Assembly: GCA_049516875.1 (NCBI GenBank)
Contig: JBEKSS010000013.1
Coordinates: 1-45,131, forward strand
DNA: 45,131 nucleotides
Source: Candidatus Bathyarchaeia archaeon
GTDB lineage: Archaea > Thermoproteota > Bathyarchaeia > Bathyarchaeales > Bathycorpusculaceae
Direction of reading: 5' to 3'
The notes under the pieces are model-generated. The model searched no databases. It saw only the letters and a program-made list of their open reading frames with translations, and was not told the DNA's origin. A program made the translations under genes and the position numbers. The first letter of the stretch is position 1. The number at the start of each line of letters is the position of its first letter. Below, piece by piece: positions 18,446 through 28,714 of this stretch.

Positions 18446-19876
18446 ATGCAGGAGAGAACGGAGAGAGTCCTTGCAGTCGTTCTGAAACGGGTCACGCCTA
18501 GAGCGGATGAACGCGCCAAGATGAAGGCGTTGGCCGAGAAGCTGAACAGGAGAGTTGCTTCTGCGTCAGAGCGTTTGGGTGTGAAGGCTGAAGTGCGTGT
18601 GGAGGGGTCGCTTGCAAAGGACACGTGGCTGAGCAAGGAGCCAGACATTGATGTTTTCATGCGGGTTTCTCCTTCGGTTCCGCGCGAGTCGCTGGGCGAT
18701 GTTTGCTTGAGGGTTGCCAGGTCGGCGACGAAGGGTTCGGTGCAGATTGAGAGGTTTGCTGAACATCCGTACCTTGAGGCCATAGTTGATGATGTCAGAG
18801 TGAACGTTGTGCCGTGCTACGCTGCCAAACGTGGGCAGTGGTTGAGCGCTACTGACAGGACCCCTTATCATACGGACTACATGAAAAAGCACTTGGCAGT
18901 GAAGATGCGGGGCGAAGTGAGGCTGCTGAAAAAGTTCATGAAGGGCATAGGCGTATACGGCGCCGAAATCAAGGTTGGCGGTTTTAGCGGTTACCTCTGC
19001 GAGCTCCTGATCCTACACTACAAGACTTTTGTGAAGACGCTGGAAGCCTTCGCGAGACACAGGCAGAGAATCATCGTGGACATTGAGCAACATTACAAAA
19101 ACAGAGAGAGTGAGCTTGTTCTTCTTTTTGGTGAACCGCTGGTCATTGTTGATCCTGTGGATAGGGGAAGAAACGTGGCTTCCGCCGTGCAAACACAGAA
19201 GCTCTACAGTTTCACAGCTGCCGCGCAAGCTTTCCTGAAAAGGCCAAGCACTGAATTTTTCTATCCGCCAAAGACGACGGCGTTGAGCGGAAAGGAAATG
19301 CGGAAGAGATTGAAGGATCGTGGCTCGAAAATCGTTTTTGTAGTTTTTGATGGCGTTAAGGCTGTTCCTGACGTGTTGTGGGGTCAACTCTACAAGAGTC
19401 AGCGTTCTCTGCGCAAGCTTGTGCAACTGAACGACTTCAAGATTCTTCGAGACCTTGCTTGGAGTGACGAGAAAGATCTGAACATGTTTGTGTTTGAGCT
19501 TGAGCACTGCTGTATTTCGCCTGTCAGGAAGCATTTGGGACCGCCGCTGGACAAGGAAAAGGAATGTGAGAAGTTCGTCGCGAAATATTTGGACAGCCCT
19601 GACGCGGTCTGTGGGCCTTATGTGGAAGATGACAGATGGGTGGTTCTGGTTCGGAGGAAGTTCACTGATGCATGTGAGCTTTTGAGGGAGAGGTTGAAGG
19701 ATGGGGGAAGGAACGCGGGTGTGGCTGAGGGAATCTCGCAGGTTCTTGGAAAAAGTTTCAAGGTTCTAGTCAGCGAGGAAATCGCCGAGGTCTGCGAGAG
19801 GAATCGCGGGTTCGCCGTGTTTTTGACGGAGTTTTTGCGGGGAAGACCTAAGTGGTTAGAAGCCCACTCAGTGTGA
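18446..19876 (+). CDS. cca: Archaeal class I CCA-adding enzyme
   Basis: GSLAKDTWL...DIDVF, AEHPY, VVPCY, DRTPYH, YGAE..VGGFSGYLCELL, DPVD..RNVASA. Confidence 0.96.
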   Translation: MQERTERVLAVVLKRVTPRADERAKMKALAEKLNRRVASASERLGVKAEVRVEGSLAKDTWLSKEPDIDVFMRVSPSVPRESLGDVCLRVARSATKGSVQIERFAEHPYLEAIVDDVRVNVVPCYAAKRGQWLSATDRTPYHTDYMKKHLAVKMRGEVRLLKKFMKGIGVYGAEIKVGGFSGYLCELLILHYKTFVKTLEAFARHRQRIIVDIEQHYKNRESELVLLFGEPLVIVDPVDRGRNVASAVQTQKLYSFTAAAQAFLKRPSTEFFYPPKTTALSGKEMRKRLKDRGSKIVFVVFDGVKAVPDVLWGQLYKSQRSLRKLVQLNDFKILRDLAWSDEKDLNMFVFELEHCCISPVRKHLGPPLDKEKECEKFVAKYLDSPDAVCGPYVEDDRWVVLVRRKFTDACELLRERLKDGGRNAGVAEGISQVLGKSFKVLVSEEIAEVCERNRGFAVFLTEFLRGRPKWLEAHSV

Positions 19877-20654
19877 GCGCGATTATCGTTATCCCGAGTA
19901 GCCAGGTGTATATTGCGAAGTAATGGAACTTCTTGCTCCTCACGAATTTTGAGACGAGTTTTATGGCAATGTAGCCTGCAATCATTGCTACGATTATTCC
20001 GCTCAGGAGTTCTATGGGGCTAATGGTTTGAAGGGCCAGTTGGCCGCGTTGTTTGTAGGCTTCGACGGCTAGGTCTCCGATTATGGCTGGGATAGAGAGC
20101 AGGAAGGAGAATTTGAATGCTTTTTCCCTTTTCAACCCCAGCAACAGTGCAGTTGAGATTGTTATTCCGCTTCTTGACAGCCCCGGGAAGGTTGCGAGAC
20201 CTTGGGCTACGCCCATGATGAGCGCTATCGTGATGGTTATGGTGTCTGTGTTTTCTTTTCCAATTCTCGAGGTGTAGAGTATAGTTGCGCCGATTAGGAA
20301 GGTTATTCCGATTGCCAAGAATGTTTGGAGGGTGTCTTCGAGGAATTTTACGTAAAGCAGACCGATTATTCCTGTGGGGATGGTTGCCACGATTATGAGG
20401 GGTATGAGTTGGCCGTATTCTGATTTGAAGTCTAGATGTGCCAGGGCTTTGAGTATGTTTTTAACATCTTTTCTGAAGTAGAACACGACTACGACGAGTG
20501 TTCCGAGGTGTAGTGTGACGTCGAAGAGCGGTGTGGCTGCAAAGCCTAGGAGTTGTTGAGCTATTTTGAGGTGTGCAGTACTTGAGATTGGAAGCCATTC
20601 TGCCAGGCCTTGGATTAGGCCCAGGATTATCGTTTTTATCAACTGCTCCAGCAA
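19848..20654 (-). CDS. uppP: Undecaprenyl-diphosphate phosphatase (BacA)
   Basis: QGLAEWLPISSTAHL, HLGT, PGLSRSG.TI, FSFLLSIP. Confidence 0.93.
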   Translation of the reverse strand: MLEQLIKTIILGLIQGLAEWLPISSTAHLKIAQQLLGFAATPLFDVTLHLGTLVVVVFYFRKDVKNILKALAHLDFKSEYGQLIPLIIVATIPTGIIGLLYVKFLEDTLQTFLAIGITFLIGATILYTSRIGKENTDTITITIALIMGVAQGLATFPGLSRSGITISTALLLGLKREKAFKFSFLLSIPAIIGDLAVEAYKQRGQLALQTISPIELLSGIIVAMIAGYIAIKLVSKFVRSKKFHYFAIYTWLLGITIIALTLSGLLTT

Positions 20655-20736
20655 TAGTGTCCGCCGCTTGCTCAGCTTTTTTTGCCTGAAATGTTAATTA
20701 GTGTAGGTTTATTAACCTTCTAGGTTGGTGCGAGTT

Positions 20737-21309
20737 ATGGGTGAGTACCCGCTTGGAAGCGTTGAAGATCGTAAAATGCTTGAAGAGATGCCGACTCGAA
20801 GGTTGCTGGATTATCTGTTTTTGCAGGTTCGAAATCTGTGGAGGGTTGACGGCTTGTATTTTTTAGGTATCGAGAAGAAGTTTGGGACTGAAGCGGCAAC
20901 CGAAATTGATGCAGGCGTGTGGGAAGCTATGGCTGCGATTGAAGCTAAGAGCCTGCAGAAAATGTTTCAAGTCGACGAAAATCCCACTGTTTCAAAGATT
21001 ATAGGTCTCCTGTGCAAGTCAAGCTGGGCTCTGGATCAACCGTTCAAAACCGTTGAAGTAAACAGCAAGCGGGCGGTGTTATGGGTGAATCGTTGCAGGA
21101 CACAGGAAACACGCTTGAACAAAGGACTACGCGAATTTCCATGCAAAAAAGTCCGATTTGGCTATCTGAAAAACTTTGCAAAAGCACTGAACCCAGGAGT
21201 GGAAGTAAACTGTTTGGTTTGTCCACCAGACCAGCATCCTAAAGACTCGTGGTGCAAATGGGAAATAACATTAGCATTTTCAGAATCTACACTAAACAGC
21301 GCGCGCTAG
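20737..21309 (+). CDS. DUF6125-type hypothetical protein (V4R/ATC-hydrolase-like)
   Basis: W.VDGLYF..IE..FG.E.A..ID..VW, CRTQ..R, FPC, C..CPPD.HP...WC.W. Confidence 0.75.
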   Translation: MGEYPLGSVEDRKMLEEMPTRRLLDYLFLQVRNLWRVDGLYFLGIEKKFGTEAATEIDAGVWEAMAAIEAKSLQKMFQVDENPTVSKIIGLLCKSSWALDQPFKTVEVNSKRAVLWVNRCRTQETRLNKGLREFPCKKVRFGYLKNFAKALNPGVEVNCLVCPPDQHPKDSWCKWEITLAFSESTLNSAR

Positions 21310-21360
21310 TCTTTATTAGTCATTACGCGTAGACTAGTTAGAAAAGGGTGAGCATACAAA

Positions 21361-22632
21361 ATGAAGTCTTTTGACGCAGGTTCGGCGTATCGCTTTATGG
21401 AAAAGCTTGTCAAAGAGATTGGAAACCGAGAATCAGGAACGGACTCGGAGCGCAGAGCAGCGCAGCAAATAAAGATGTGGTTTGAGGAGCTTGGACTTGC
21501 CAACGTTAAAATGGAAGAGTTTGATGTCCAGACAAGTCTTGTCTTAAGAGAAGAAGCCTCGCTTCCAGACGGCACGCGAGTTGCATGTGCAGCTGTCGGC
21601 AATTCGCTGTCAACCACGCCGGAGGGCGTCGAAGGGGAAGCGGTTGTGCTGGAGTCAACGTCACAGGAAGCGCTGAGAAAAATCGAGAACAAGATCGCCG
21701 TTTTGAGCATAGTTCTCAATCAGAAAGATTTCTTCAAGATCTTGAAGACTAAGCCTCTAGCTTTGATCTATCCTTCTCGAACACCCTTGGCGCCCACCAC
21801 TTACCGTTCTGTCAGTGCTGAATTTGTTGAAAAGGAGAACGTCCCGGCCGTATCGATGGCCCACGATGACGTGCTGGACATGTTGAAAGGCCCGAAAAAA
21901 CTGAAAATAGTCACAGAATTGAAGAAAGTGACCGCTAAGAGCCAAAACGTTTTGGGCGAAGTGCCCGGCGTTCTTGAAGACGAGGACATACTCGTAGGCG
22001 GGCATTATGACACTGTGAGAAGTGTCGTGGGCGCACATGACAACGCTGCGGGAACAGGCCTCGTGCTCGAACTGGCCAGAATTTTTGCCGGTGAAAAACC
22101 GAATCGCACGCTTAGGATTGTAGCGTTTGGCTCCGAGGAGCTTGGACTGCGCGGTTCGTTCCATCATGCCGAGAACCCCGAGAACACCAAGAATCTCAAG
22201 CTCTGCCTTGACTTCGATGTTCACGGAATACTTCTGGGAACGTTGAGCGCCGTCGTTTTGGGCCCAGAAGAGTTAAAGTCGTATCTGTGTTTCACGGCAA
22301 AGGAGCTTGGAATACCTCTCCAAGCCACTAGCGACTTGGGAATGGGAGGCTCAGATCATATGCCCCTGGCCTTTTACGGTGTTCCTTCCATCATGCTGTC
22401 ACGTGTAGGAGGGGCGGCCCAAATAATGCACACGAACCTCGAAGACCTGCGATGGTGCGGTCCGGAAGCGTTTATCCCTGCGGGTAAGCTGAGCCAAACA
22501 CTCTTGGATCGTTTGCTGAGAGCTGAGGAACTGCCGTTTGAGAAAAAGATGCCGGACAACGTTGCCAAAGCGCTTGAAAAGAGGTTCGAAGATTCAGGCA
22601 TCAAGAAGAAGGTAAGAGAAGGAGCACGGTGA
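21361..22632 (+). CDS. M28-family aminopeptidase with PA insert
   Basis: GGHYD, GAHDNAAG, FGSEELGL.GS, D, SDH, H. Confidence 0.9.
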   Translation: MKSFDAGSAYRFMEKLVKEIGNRESGTDSERRAAQQIKMWFEELGLANVKMEEFDVQTSLVLREEASLPDGTRVACAAVGNSLSTTPEGVEGEAVVLESTSQEALRKIENKIAVLSIVLNQKDFFKILKTKPLALIYPSRTPLAPTTYRSVSAEFVEKENVPAVSMAHDDVLDMLKGPKKLKIVTELKKVTAKSQNVLGEVPGVLEDEDILVGGHYDTVRSVVGAHDNAAGTGLVLELARIFAGEKPNRTLRIVAFGSEELGLRGSFHHAENPENTKNLKLCLDFDVHGILLGTLSAVVLGPEELKSYLCFTAKELGIPLQATSDLGMGGSDHMPLAFYGVPSIMLSRVGGAAQIMHTNLEDLRWCGPEAFIPAGKLSQTLLDRLLRAEELPFEKKMPDNVAKALEKRFEDSGIKKKVREGAR

Positions 22633-22672
22633 CGCGCGCGACACAAATCCTCAGATAAAGAGGATGTAGATA

Positions 22673-23728
22673 TTGACCGATGATGTTTATGAGCGACTTG
22701 CGAAAGCCTTGGACAGACTGCCGAATGGATTTCCAAGAACACCTTCGAACGTTGAGATACGAGTTTTGAAGAAGATATTCTCACGTGAGGAGGCGGAGCT
22801 GGCAGGCCAGCTAAGCGGGTCCGTGGAACCAGTCAACGTGATAGCAAAACGCATCGGACTCTCGGCCGAAGAAACACAGGAGAAGTTGACTGGAATGGCT
22901 AAACGCGGGCTCTTGTGGCACGATGAGCAAGACAGAAAGTTGTTCTTTAGGCTGGCTCCCTTTGTTGTCGGAATTTACGAGGCACAGCTAGAAAGCATGG
23001 ATCACGAACTGGCACACTTGATCGAAGAATACTTGGCAAACGGCGGAGCAGCCGGAATCATGAAGCCTCAACCAGCCATACACAGAGTCATCCCCGCACA
23101 AAAAGCCGTAAAGTCGGAGTGGATACTCCCCTACGACGATGTCAAAGCTATACTCCTCAAGGCTAAAACGTTTCGCTTACGCGATTGCATCTGTCGGAAG
23201 CAACAGGATCTAATCGACCGCAAATGCACTTTTCCGCTCAGAACCTGCCTGGGATTCTCCTCGTTCGAAAGCCCTCCTAGCCAGTACACCATTTCAAGAG
23301 AAGAAGCATTGGCCTTTCTCGACAAGGCCGAGGAAATGGGCCTTGTTCACACGGTCAGCAACGTGATGAAAGGGATAGGCTACGTCTGCAACTGTTGCGG
23401 CTGCTGCTGCGGCATACTCAGAGGAATCAACGAGTGGGGCATAGAATACTCTGTAGCTCACGCCAACTACTACGCTGTCATCGACCCAGATGAATGCGTG
23501 GGATGCGGAACGTGCAGAAAAAGGTGCCAAGTGCACGCCATCTCCGAACAAGACGAAGTGTCAGTCGTGGACACAAAAAGGTGCATCGGCTGTGGCCTGT
23601 GCGCTACAGGATGCCCAAACGGTGCAGCAAGACTCAGGCGAAAACCCGAAGACGAAACCGTCAATCCCCCACAGGACTTCGCCACATGGGAGCATGAACG
23701 CCTGCACAATCGAGGCCTGAGCGCTTGA
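22673..23728 (+). CDS. 4Fe-4S dicluster protein with N-terminal HTH and CNCCxCCC motif
   Basis: CICR, CNCCGCCCG, CVGCGTC...C, CIGCGLC...CP. Confidence 0.88.
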   Translation: MTDDVYERLAKALDRLPNGFPRTPSNVEIRVLKKIFSREEAELAGQLSGSVEPVNVIAKRIGLSAEETQEKLTGMAKRGLLWHDEQDRKLFFRLAPFVVGIYEAQLESMDHELAHLIEEYLANGGAAGIMKPQPAIHRVIPAQKAVKSEWILPYDDVKAILLKAKTFRLRDCICRKQQDLIDRKCTFPLRTCLGFSSFESPPSQYTISREEALAFLDKAEEMGLVHTVSNVMKGIGYVCNCCGCCCGILRGINEWGIEYSVAHANYYAVIDPDECVGCGTCRKRCQVHAISEQDEVSVVDTKRCIGCGLCATGCPNGAARLRRKPEDETVNPPQDFATWEHERLHNRGLSA

Positions 23729-23769
23729 ACTTAGCGCGTGGTTCACAGAAGAGGGAAAGCCTGTTTTTT

Positions 23770-24591
23770 CTATGAGCTCTGGCTGATTTTTGCTATTGCC
23801 ACCAAGCCGGTTAAGACACTGCTGTTTAGAAAAGTGAGTTCTTTACCAGAATCCAGCAGAATCCTCGTGTGAAACGGCGTGAGTTCCTTGACCACACCTT
23901 CCTGATTCATGTAGGTCGTGTATATTCTGTCGCCCAGAGAGTATGGAAGTCTGCCTCGTACAGGTGCATCGGAGGCGGGATACGTCGTGACAATCACTCC
24001 TCCCTGAACTATAGCTGTGTTTGGAATTACTATCAGACCTCCGATGTCATTCTTTATTCTAGTTACCATGGCCGTTATCTCTTCCACCTTGCCGGGAACA
24101 TTGTTCACCGTAACAATGTCTCCTACTTTGAACGGATGTGTCATCAGCACCAGTGTCCCTGCAAGAATGTTGCCGACAAACGTGGATATGACTAGACCGA
24201 TAACTATTGACGCGATACCTCCTCCCAGTAACAACGTGGTTGGTGAGACCTGAAATATGTCAAGCGAAGCCAAAACCATCACGATGGCGACGATAAGAAT
24301 CATGAAGATTTGGAAGATTGTGGCGACATGGACGCCGACATATCTTGACAAAAGGGGTCTGTACCGCCTGATCAAAAAAATGATAATGAAGCCGAAAGCA
24401 ACAACTATCACCGTCTTTGCAGTCTGGGCAATCAACGTGGCTAGTTGTATCCTTTGGGCAATCAATCGGGCAGCAATCAATTGATCAAACGTGAGCACAA
24501 GGCCAAACGCCACGACTATAAGTAGTGCAACAACCAGCACAAGCCTTCTTACGGAGCTTACAAAGTCTGCCAACTCTATTCCACCGAACAA
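23770..24591 (-). CDS. MscS-family mechanosensitive channel
   Basis: GL....VGNILAG, PFKVGD, G.VEEI, IPN. Start codon uncertain. Confidence 0.85.
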   Translation of the reverse strand: MFGGIELADFVSSVRRLVLVVALLIVVAFGLVLTFDQLIAARLIAQRIQLATLIAQTAKTVIVVAFGFIIIFLIRRYRPLLSRYVGVHVATIFQIFMILIVAIVMVLASLDIFQVSPTTLLLGGGIASIVIGLVISTFVGNILAGTLVLMTHPFKVGDIVTVNNVPGKVEEITAMVTRIKNDIGGLIVIPNTAIVQGGVIVTTYPASDAPVRGRLPYSLGDRIYTTYMNQEGVVKELTPFHTRILLDSGKELTFLNSSVLTGLVAIAKISQSS

Positions 24592-24777
24592 ATCTATGAT
24601 GCATCTCTTGTTCTATAGTTTTTCTGTGGAGCAGATGCGCATATCTTCCAGAGCGGCTTCTAAGAAGCTCAGAAGGAAGATAGCCTTGCCTCGGATGTCT
24701 TCACATGCACGCAATTCTATGATATGTCGTTCTAAGAGTCTGGAAAAGACAGGCATGAGAAAGAGAAGAGGGAGGCT

Positions 24778-25308
24778 TCAATATTCTCCGATATCTTCTC
24801 CAACTTTATGATAGAAGCCTTTTTCGCCGACCCATTTGAGAAGGAGTCCATCCTTCCAATCGTAGCCCTCGCGAACATGGGTTGCAAGAACCTCTCCAAT
24901 GAACCAAACATGGTCTCCGACTTCTACCACTTGAACAACTTTGCACTCAATGTTCAAAGGGCTTTCCTCGATAAGCGGCGCGGAGACCCTGCTCCCTGGA
25001 ACCGCAGTTAGCTTCGCCAACTCGAACTTGTCCACGTCCTGTCCAGAGTTTTCCCCGCAAATCCTGACAGCTTCAACCAGCTTCTCATCAATCACGTTGA
25101 CAACGAAAGCCATGCTTTTTTGAATGAGCCCATAAGAGAATCTTGATGGTGCTATGCCTATGCCAACCAGAGTCGGTTTTCCAGAGAAGTAAGCAAACAT
25201 GCCGATGCTGATTATATTTTTCTTCCTAGAATGTTCACACGATACCAGGTACACGGGCCGAATCGGCAACTTTCCAAGACTTTCTTGGACCGAAGTCTCG
25301 CTCTTCAT
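24778..25308 (-). CDS. Flavin reductase family protein
   Basis: PVYLVS, FVVN, CG..SG..VDKF, APLI.E.P..IECKV, GDH..FIGEV. Confidence 0.9.
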   Translation of the reverse strand: MKSETSVQESLGKLPIRPVYLVSCEHSRKKNIISIGMFAYFSGKPTLVGIGIAPSRFSYGLIQKSMAFVVNVIDEKLVEAVRICGENSGQDVDKFELAKLTAVPGSRVSAPLIEESPLNIECKVVQVVEVGDHVWFIGEVLATHVREGYDWKDGLLLKWVGEKGFYHKVGEDIGEY

Positions 25309-25497
25309 AATACATCAAAACCTCCAGTTTGTTTTATCTTGAATTCTTTATAAAGGGCTTCGGCTGTCGATTTTCCCTTTTGGCTGGAAAAATGTCAACC
25401 TCGACCGCGGGCAGAGACCCACTAGCGCGCGTTGCGGCTGTTAGCTTTGAATACCTTGGAGAAGGCTATATTTACCTCTCTTACAAGTCTTTGGCCT

Positions 25498-26478
25498 ATG
25501 AGTACTATCATCAGCAGGTATTTCACGTCGCTAATCGTGGTTTTAAGCATAGTTTTGGGCTTCGCTCTTCCAGATGTTGGAATGATTTGGAAACAGTATC
25601 TGGCTCTTCTGTTAATGTTCTTGATGTTCTTTGTCACGCTGAGCATGGAACCGAAAGAAATCGCACACACAATGAGTAACTATCCAATCTTAGTAGTGGG
25701 CCTGTTCACCACGTTTGTCTTAGTACCGGTGCTGGCGCTTTTCACCAAACCCTTTTTCTCATCCATAATCTACGCTGGAGCTGTGCTTGCTCTCTGCTGT
25801 CCGTCTGCGATCGTTTCTGCGTTCTGGGCCAAGGTGTTCAAGGGAGACGTTGCCACCGCTCTGGTCATGAGTATAATCACGAATCTGCTTTCGATAGTCA
25901 CGATACCTGCAACGATGCTTATCGCCGTTGGCACAGTCTTAAACGTTGACATTCCGAGCATGATGGTGAATCTGGCAGAAATAATTCTAGTTCCCATGAC
26001 CGCCTCCTTCTTGTTGAGAAGATTTGTCCACATTGACTGGAACAGAGCCAGCAGTTACGGCTCTAGAGTGGAGCTGGGCATACTCGTTCTTGTGGTCTGG
26101 GGGTCTGTCGCGCCAGGAGTCAAAAACGTGAGAAACAACATTGCAGAATTTGTTTTGTTGAACGCTTTCATGCTCGGAATACTCGCATTCGCCTTCACTT
26201 CGACCCATTTTCTCACCCAGAGATTCGGACACAGAAAAGCAATATCAATTGAGATCGCAACAACAGTGAAAAATGCAGCTCTCTCCTTGGTCATAGGCCT
26301 CACAGCGTTTGGCCCGCAGATACTCCCACCGTTAATTGCAAACATCATCGCACAAAACCTGCTTCTCATCCCAGCAAAGGCACTAACAGAAAGAGGACTA
26401 GTACACGCTACGCCGGCTCGCAAGAAAGACGAAAGAACAAAGAAGGAGATTAATGATGTTTCATTGATTGGTTCGTGA
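25498..26478 (+). CDS. Bile acid:sodium symporter (BASS) family transporter
   Basis: Multi-TM protein with CCPSA..S, GDVA.AL, IE...KNAAL. Confidence 0.85.
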   Translation: MSTIISRYFTSLIVVLSIVLGFALPDVGMIWKQYLALLLMFLMFFVTLSMEPKEIAHTMSNYPILVVGLFTTFVLVPVLALFTKPFFSSIIYAGAVLALCCPSAIVSAFWAKVFKGDVATALVMSIITNLLSIVTIPATMLIAVGTVLNVDIPSMMVNLAEIILVPMTASFLLRRFVHIDWNRASSYGSRVELGILVLVVWGSVAPGVKNVRNNIAEFVLLNAFMLGILAFAFTSTHFLTQRFGHRKAISIEIATTVKNAALSLVIGLTAFGPQILPPLIANIIAQNLLLIPAKALTERGLVHATPARKKDERTKKEINDVSLIGS

Positions 26479-26544
26479 AAATGGAAGATGGGAGTTCTCA
26501 GATAATCATATATGAAGGCTCTGTCATACGGTTGGAGGATGGAT

Positions 26545-26922
26545 ATGAAATCCAATTTTACATATGTTGGGATAAGAGTCACGAATCTACAAAGATCTAT
26601 TGATTTTTACACGAAAGTGCTCGGCATGAAGGTTAAAGGTCGGGGCAAGATTGACCAAACCAAAGGCGAAACCGTTGGTCTCGAAAGCGAGAAAGACGGT
26701 TTCGTTCTGGAGCTCAACTATTACGAAAAAGACAGCCCTTTCAACACAAAATACGTCGTGGGAGAAGGATTAGACCATCTTGCCTTCAAAGTCGACAACT
26801 TGGAAAAAGCCCTGGAAGAAGCAAAGAACGCAGGATATAGAACTATCCTAGAAATGAAAGCAGACGGTGGCCGATGGGCCTACATAGAGGACCCAGACGG
26901 AATCTGGATAGAACTCTTCTAG
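26545..26922 (+). CDS. VOC/glyoxalase family protein
   Basis: IRVTNL.RSI.FYT.VLG, LELN, HLAF.V, EDPDG.WIEL. SD GGAGG. Confidence 0.92.
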   Translation: MKSNFTYVGIRVTNLQRSIDFYTKVLGMKVKGRGKIDQTKGETVGLESEKDGFVLELNYYEKDSPFNTKYVVGEGLDHLAFKVDNLEKALEEAKNAGYRTILEMKADGGRWAYIEDPDGIWIELF

Positions 26923-27007
26923 AACTATGATGCGCATGAAGCACTAACCCCTATTACTGGTCTTGGGTCCAAGTTGGGAGAACTTCAATCCAGGCGCGCG
27001 CCGGGGC

Positions 27008-27514
27008 CTAGTATACCGTCAATATCTTCCCAAAATACAATGTGTGATAGTCATCTTTCGGGTAGAAAAGTCTCTTCACATCAGCTGGAACCATATCAGG
27101 CTTTACTTCAAGTTTGTGGATGACCTTGCACTCGTAATGAATCTTGCATTCCTTGATCACTGGCGCGTTTACCTTCTTCCCTTTGATAGGATTCAATTTG
27201 CACTCCTTGAACTTGTCATGCTCCCTGCCGCTAACTTCGCCGCAAGTGCTTACAGTCTTATCCAGCCCTTCACCAGGAACATTCACCGTAAACTCGTCAC
27301 TATCCTCAATAAACTCGTGCGTGAACCGCGAATGCCTCACAGCCACCAAAAAGACAGGCATCCCCCAAAAAACTCCAACAAACCCCCAACCAATCGCCAT
27401 CACATTACACGCGCCATCTTTCTTCGCACCCACCAACAAACAACCAGGATCCTCCAACTTCGCCAGTGTCTCGACAGCAAACTTATCAAGCTTGACGCTC
27501 ATACCGTTCACCAT
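27008..27514 (-). CDS. Flavin reductase family protein (second copy)
   Basis: NVMAIGWG, R.SRFT, FTVN, CG..SGR..DK, ECKV, H.LY.G.I. Confidence 0.9.
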   Translation of the reverse strand: MVNGMSVKLDKFAVETLAKLEDPGCLLVGAKKDGACNVMAIGWGFVGVFWGMPVFLVAVRHSRFTHEFIEDSDEFTVNVPGEGLDKTVSTCGEVSGREHDKFKECKLNPIKGKKVNAPVIKECKIHYECKVIHKLEVKPDMVPADVKRLFYPKDDYHTLYFGKILTVY

Positions 27515-27549
27515 AAATCTCTTATTCTAAATCAATTTCGCCTACCATT

Positions 27550-27867
27550 CTAAAGTGGTTTTCCACATTTGACACACTTGGGACCGATGGGCGGCTGAAC
27601 TGTGTGACATTTCTTGCATTCCACGACCAATTGGGCTCCGCAGTTTTGGCAGTAGTCACCGAAGAAAGTGGGTTTTCCGCATTTCGGGCAGTTGATAGAT
27701 AGCGAGAGTCCGCAGGTGTTGCATCTTACCCAGTTGGGTTGGATTGGTGCGCGGCATTTGGGGCATCTGGTTTCCAGCGGGTTCACTTTGCCACATATTG
27801 GGCAGACGTTTGAATTTGGAGGAACCAGCTGACCGCAGTATTTGCACGGCTTCTTGAAACTTGACAT
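27550..27867 (-). CDS. Multi zinc-ribbon (DZR) protein, 8 CxxC
   Basis: CKYC, CPIC, CPKC, CNTC, CPKC, CQNC, CKKC, CVKC in 105 aa. Confidence 0.88.
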   Translation of the reverse strand: MSSFKKPCKYCGQLVPPNSNVCPICGKVNPLETRCPKCRAPIQPNWVRCNTCGLSLSINCPKCGKPTFFGDYCQNCGAQLVVECKKCHTVQPPIGPKCVKCGKPL

Positions 27868-27998
27868 AGAGTGCCACCGTTGAGTAGTTCTTGCCGGTAC
27901 TTCGGTAATATAGTTTTGCACAGAATGTCTTCTGAACATAAGATTCTTATAATCGTGGATTCAATCTCTAAACTGTCAAGAGCAAAGAGTTGTTTAAG

Positions 27999-28658
27999 AT
28001 GTCGTTCATACCCTTTACAAGAAACTTCGCCGACAACAGCACGGAAGCAGGATTTCAATTCACATTCTTCTGCGACGTCTGCCAAGACGGATACAAAACA
28101 GCCTTCGCCGAGTCAAAAACCTACAAGAAAGCAGGTCTCCTGCGTGGCTTGGGCAGAGCCGCATCCTTAGGCTCATCAGTCCTGGGCCGAAGCGGAGGAT
28201 ACGAAGCCGAAAGCGGGGCCGACATCATCGCCGAAAGATTCCAAGGGATGTCCCCTGCATGGCACAAAGAGCACGAGGAAGTCTTCAAACTGGCCCAAAA
28301 CGAAGCCATGGGACACTTCCACAAATGCCCTAAATGCCAAAAATACGTAGATGACACGTGCTGGAACGACGAAGACGGACTCTGCATAGAAGACGCTCCA
28401 AGAGTCGCCACCGAAATAGCGGCCGCAAGAGCCAACCAGATGAAAGAGCAAATATGGAAAAAGGCAGAAGAAACCCAAGTCTTCACAGGCGAAATCAAAC
28501 CCACACAAACAATATGTCCCCAATGCGGAAAACCAGCAGGAGCAGGCAAGTTCTGCACAAACTGCGGAGCCCCACTTGACATGTTAAAGTGCTCAAAATG
28601 CGGAGCACAGAACCCACCAGGCACCAGATTCTGCGGAGAATGCGGAAACAAACTCTAG
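27999..28658 (+). CDS. Zinc-ribbon domain protein with C-terminal double zinc ribbons
   Basis: GFQF.F.CDVC, CPKC...CWN...LC, CPQC, FCTNCG, CSKC, FCGECG. Confidence 0.88.
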   Translation: MSFIPFTRNFADNSTEAGFQFTFFCDVCQDGYKTAFAESKTYKKAGLLRGLGRAASLGSSVLGRSGGYEAESGADIIAERFQGMSPAWHKEHEEVFKLAQNEAMGHFHKCPKCQKYVDDTCWNDEDGLCIEDAPRVATEIAAARANQMKEQIWKKAEETQVFTGEIKPTQTICPQCGKPAGAGKFCTNCGAPLDMLKCSKCGAQNPPGTRFCGECGNKL

Positions 28659-28714
28659 ACCATAACAGCAATTGCAAAAACACGCGCGCAACAAAAGGCC
28701 AGAAAGAGATAAAA

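Noticed and set aside
19848-19876. Convergent 3' overlaps (cca/uppP; also 11231-11242)
   Set aside because: Short tail-to-tail overlaps are common in compact archaeal genomes.
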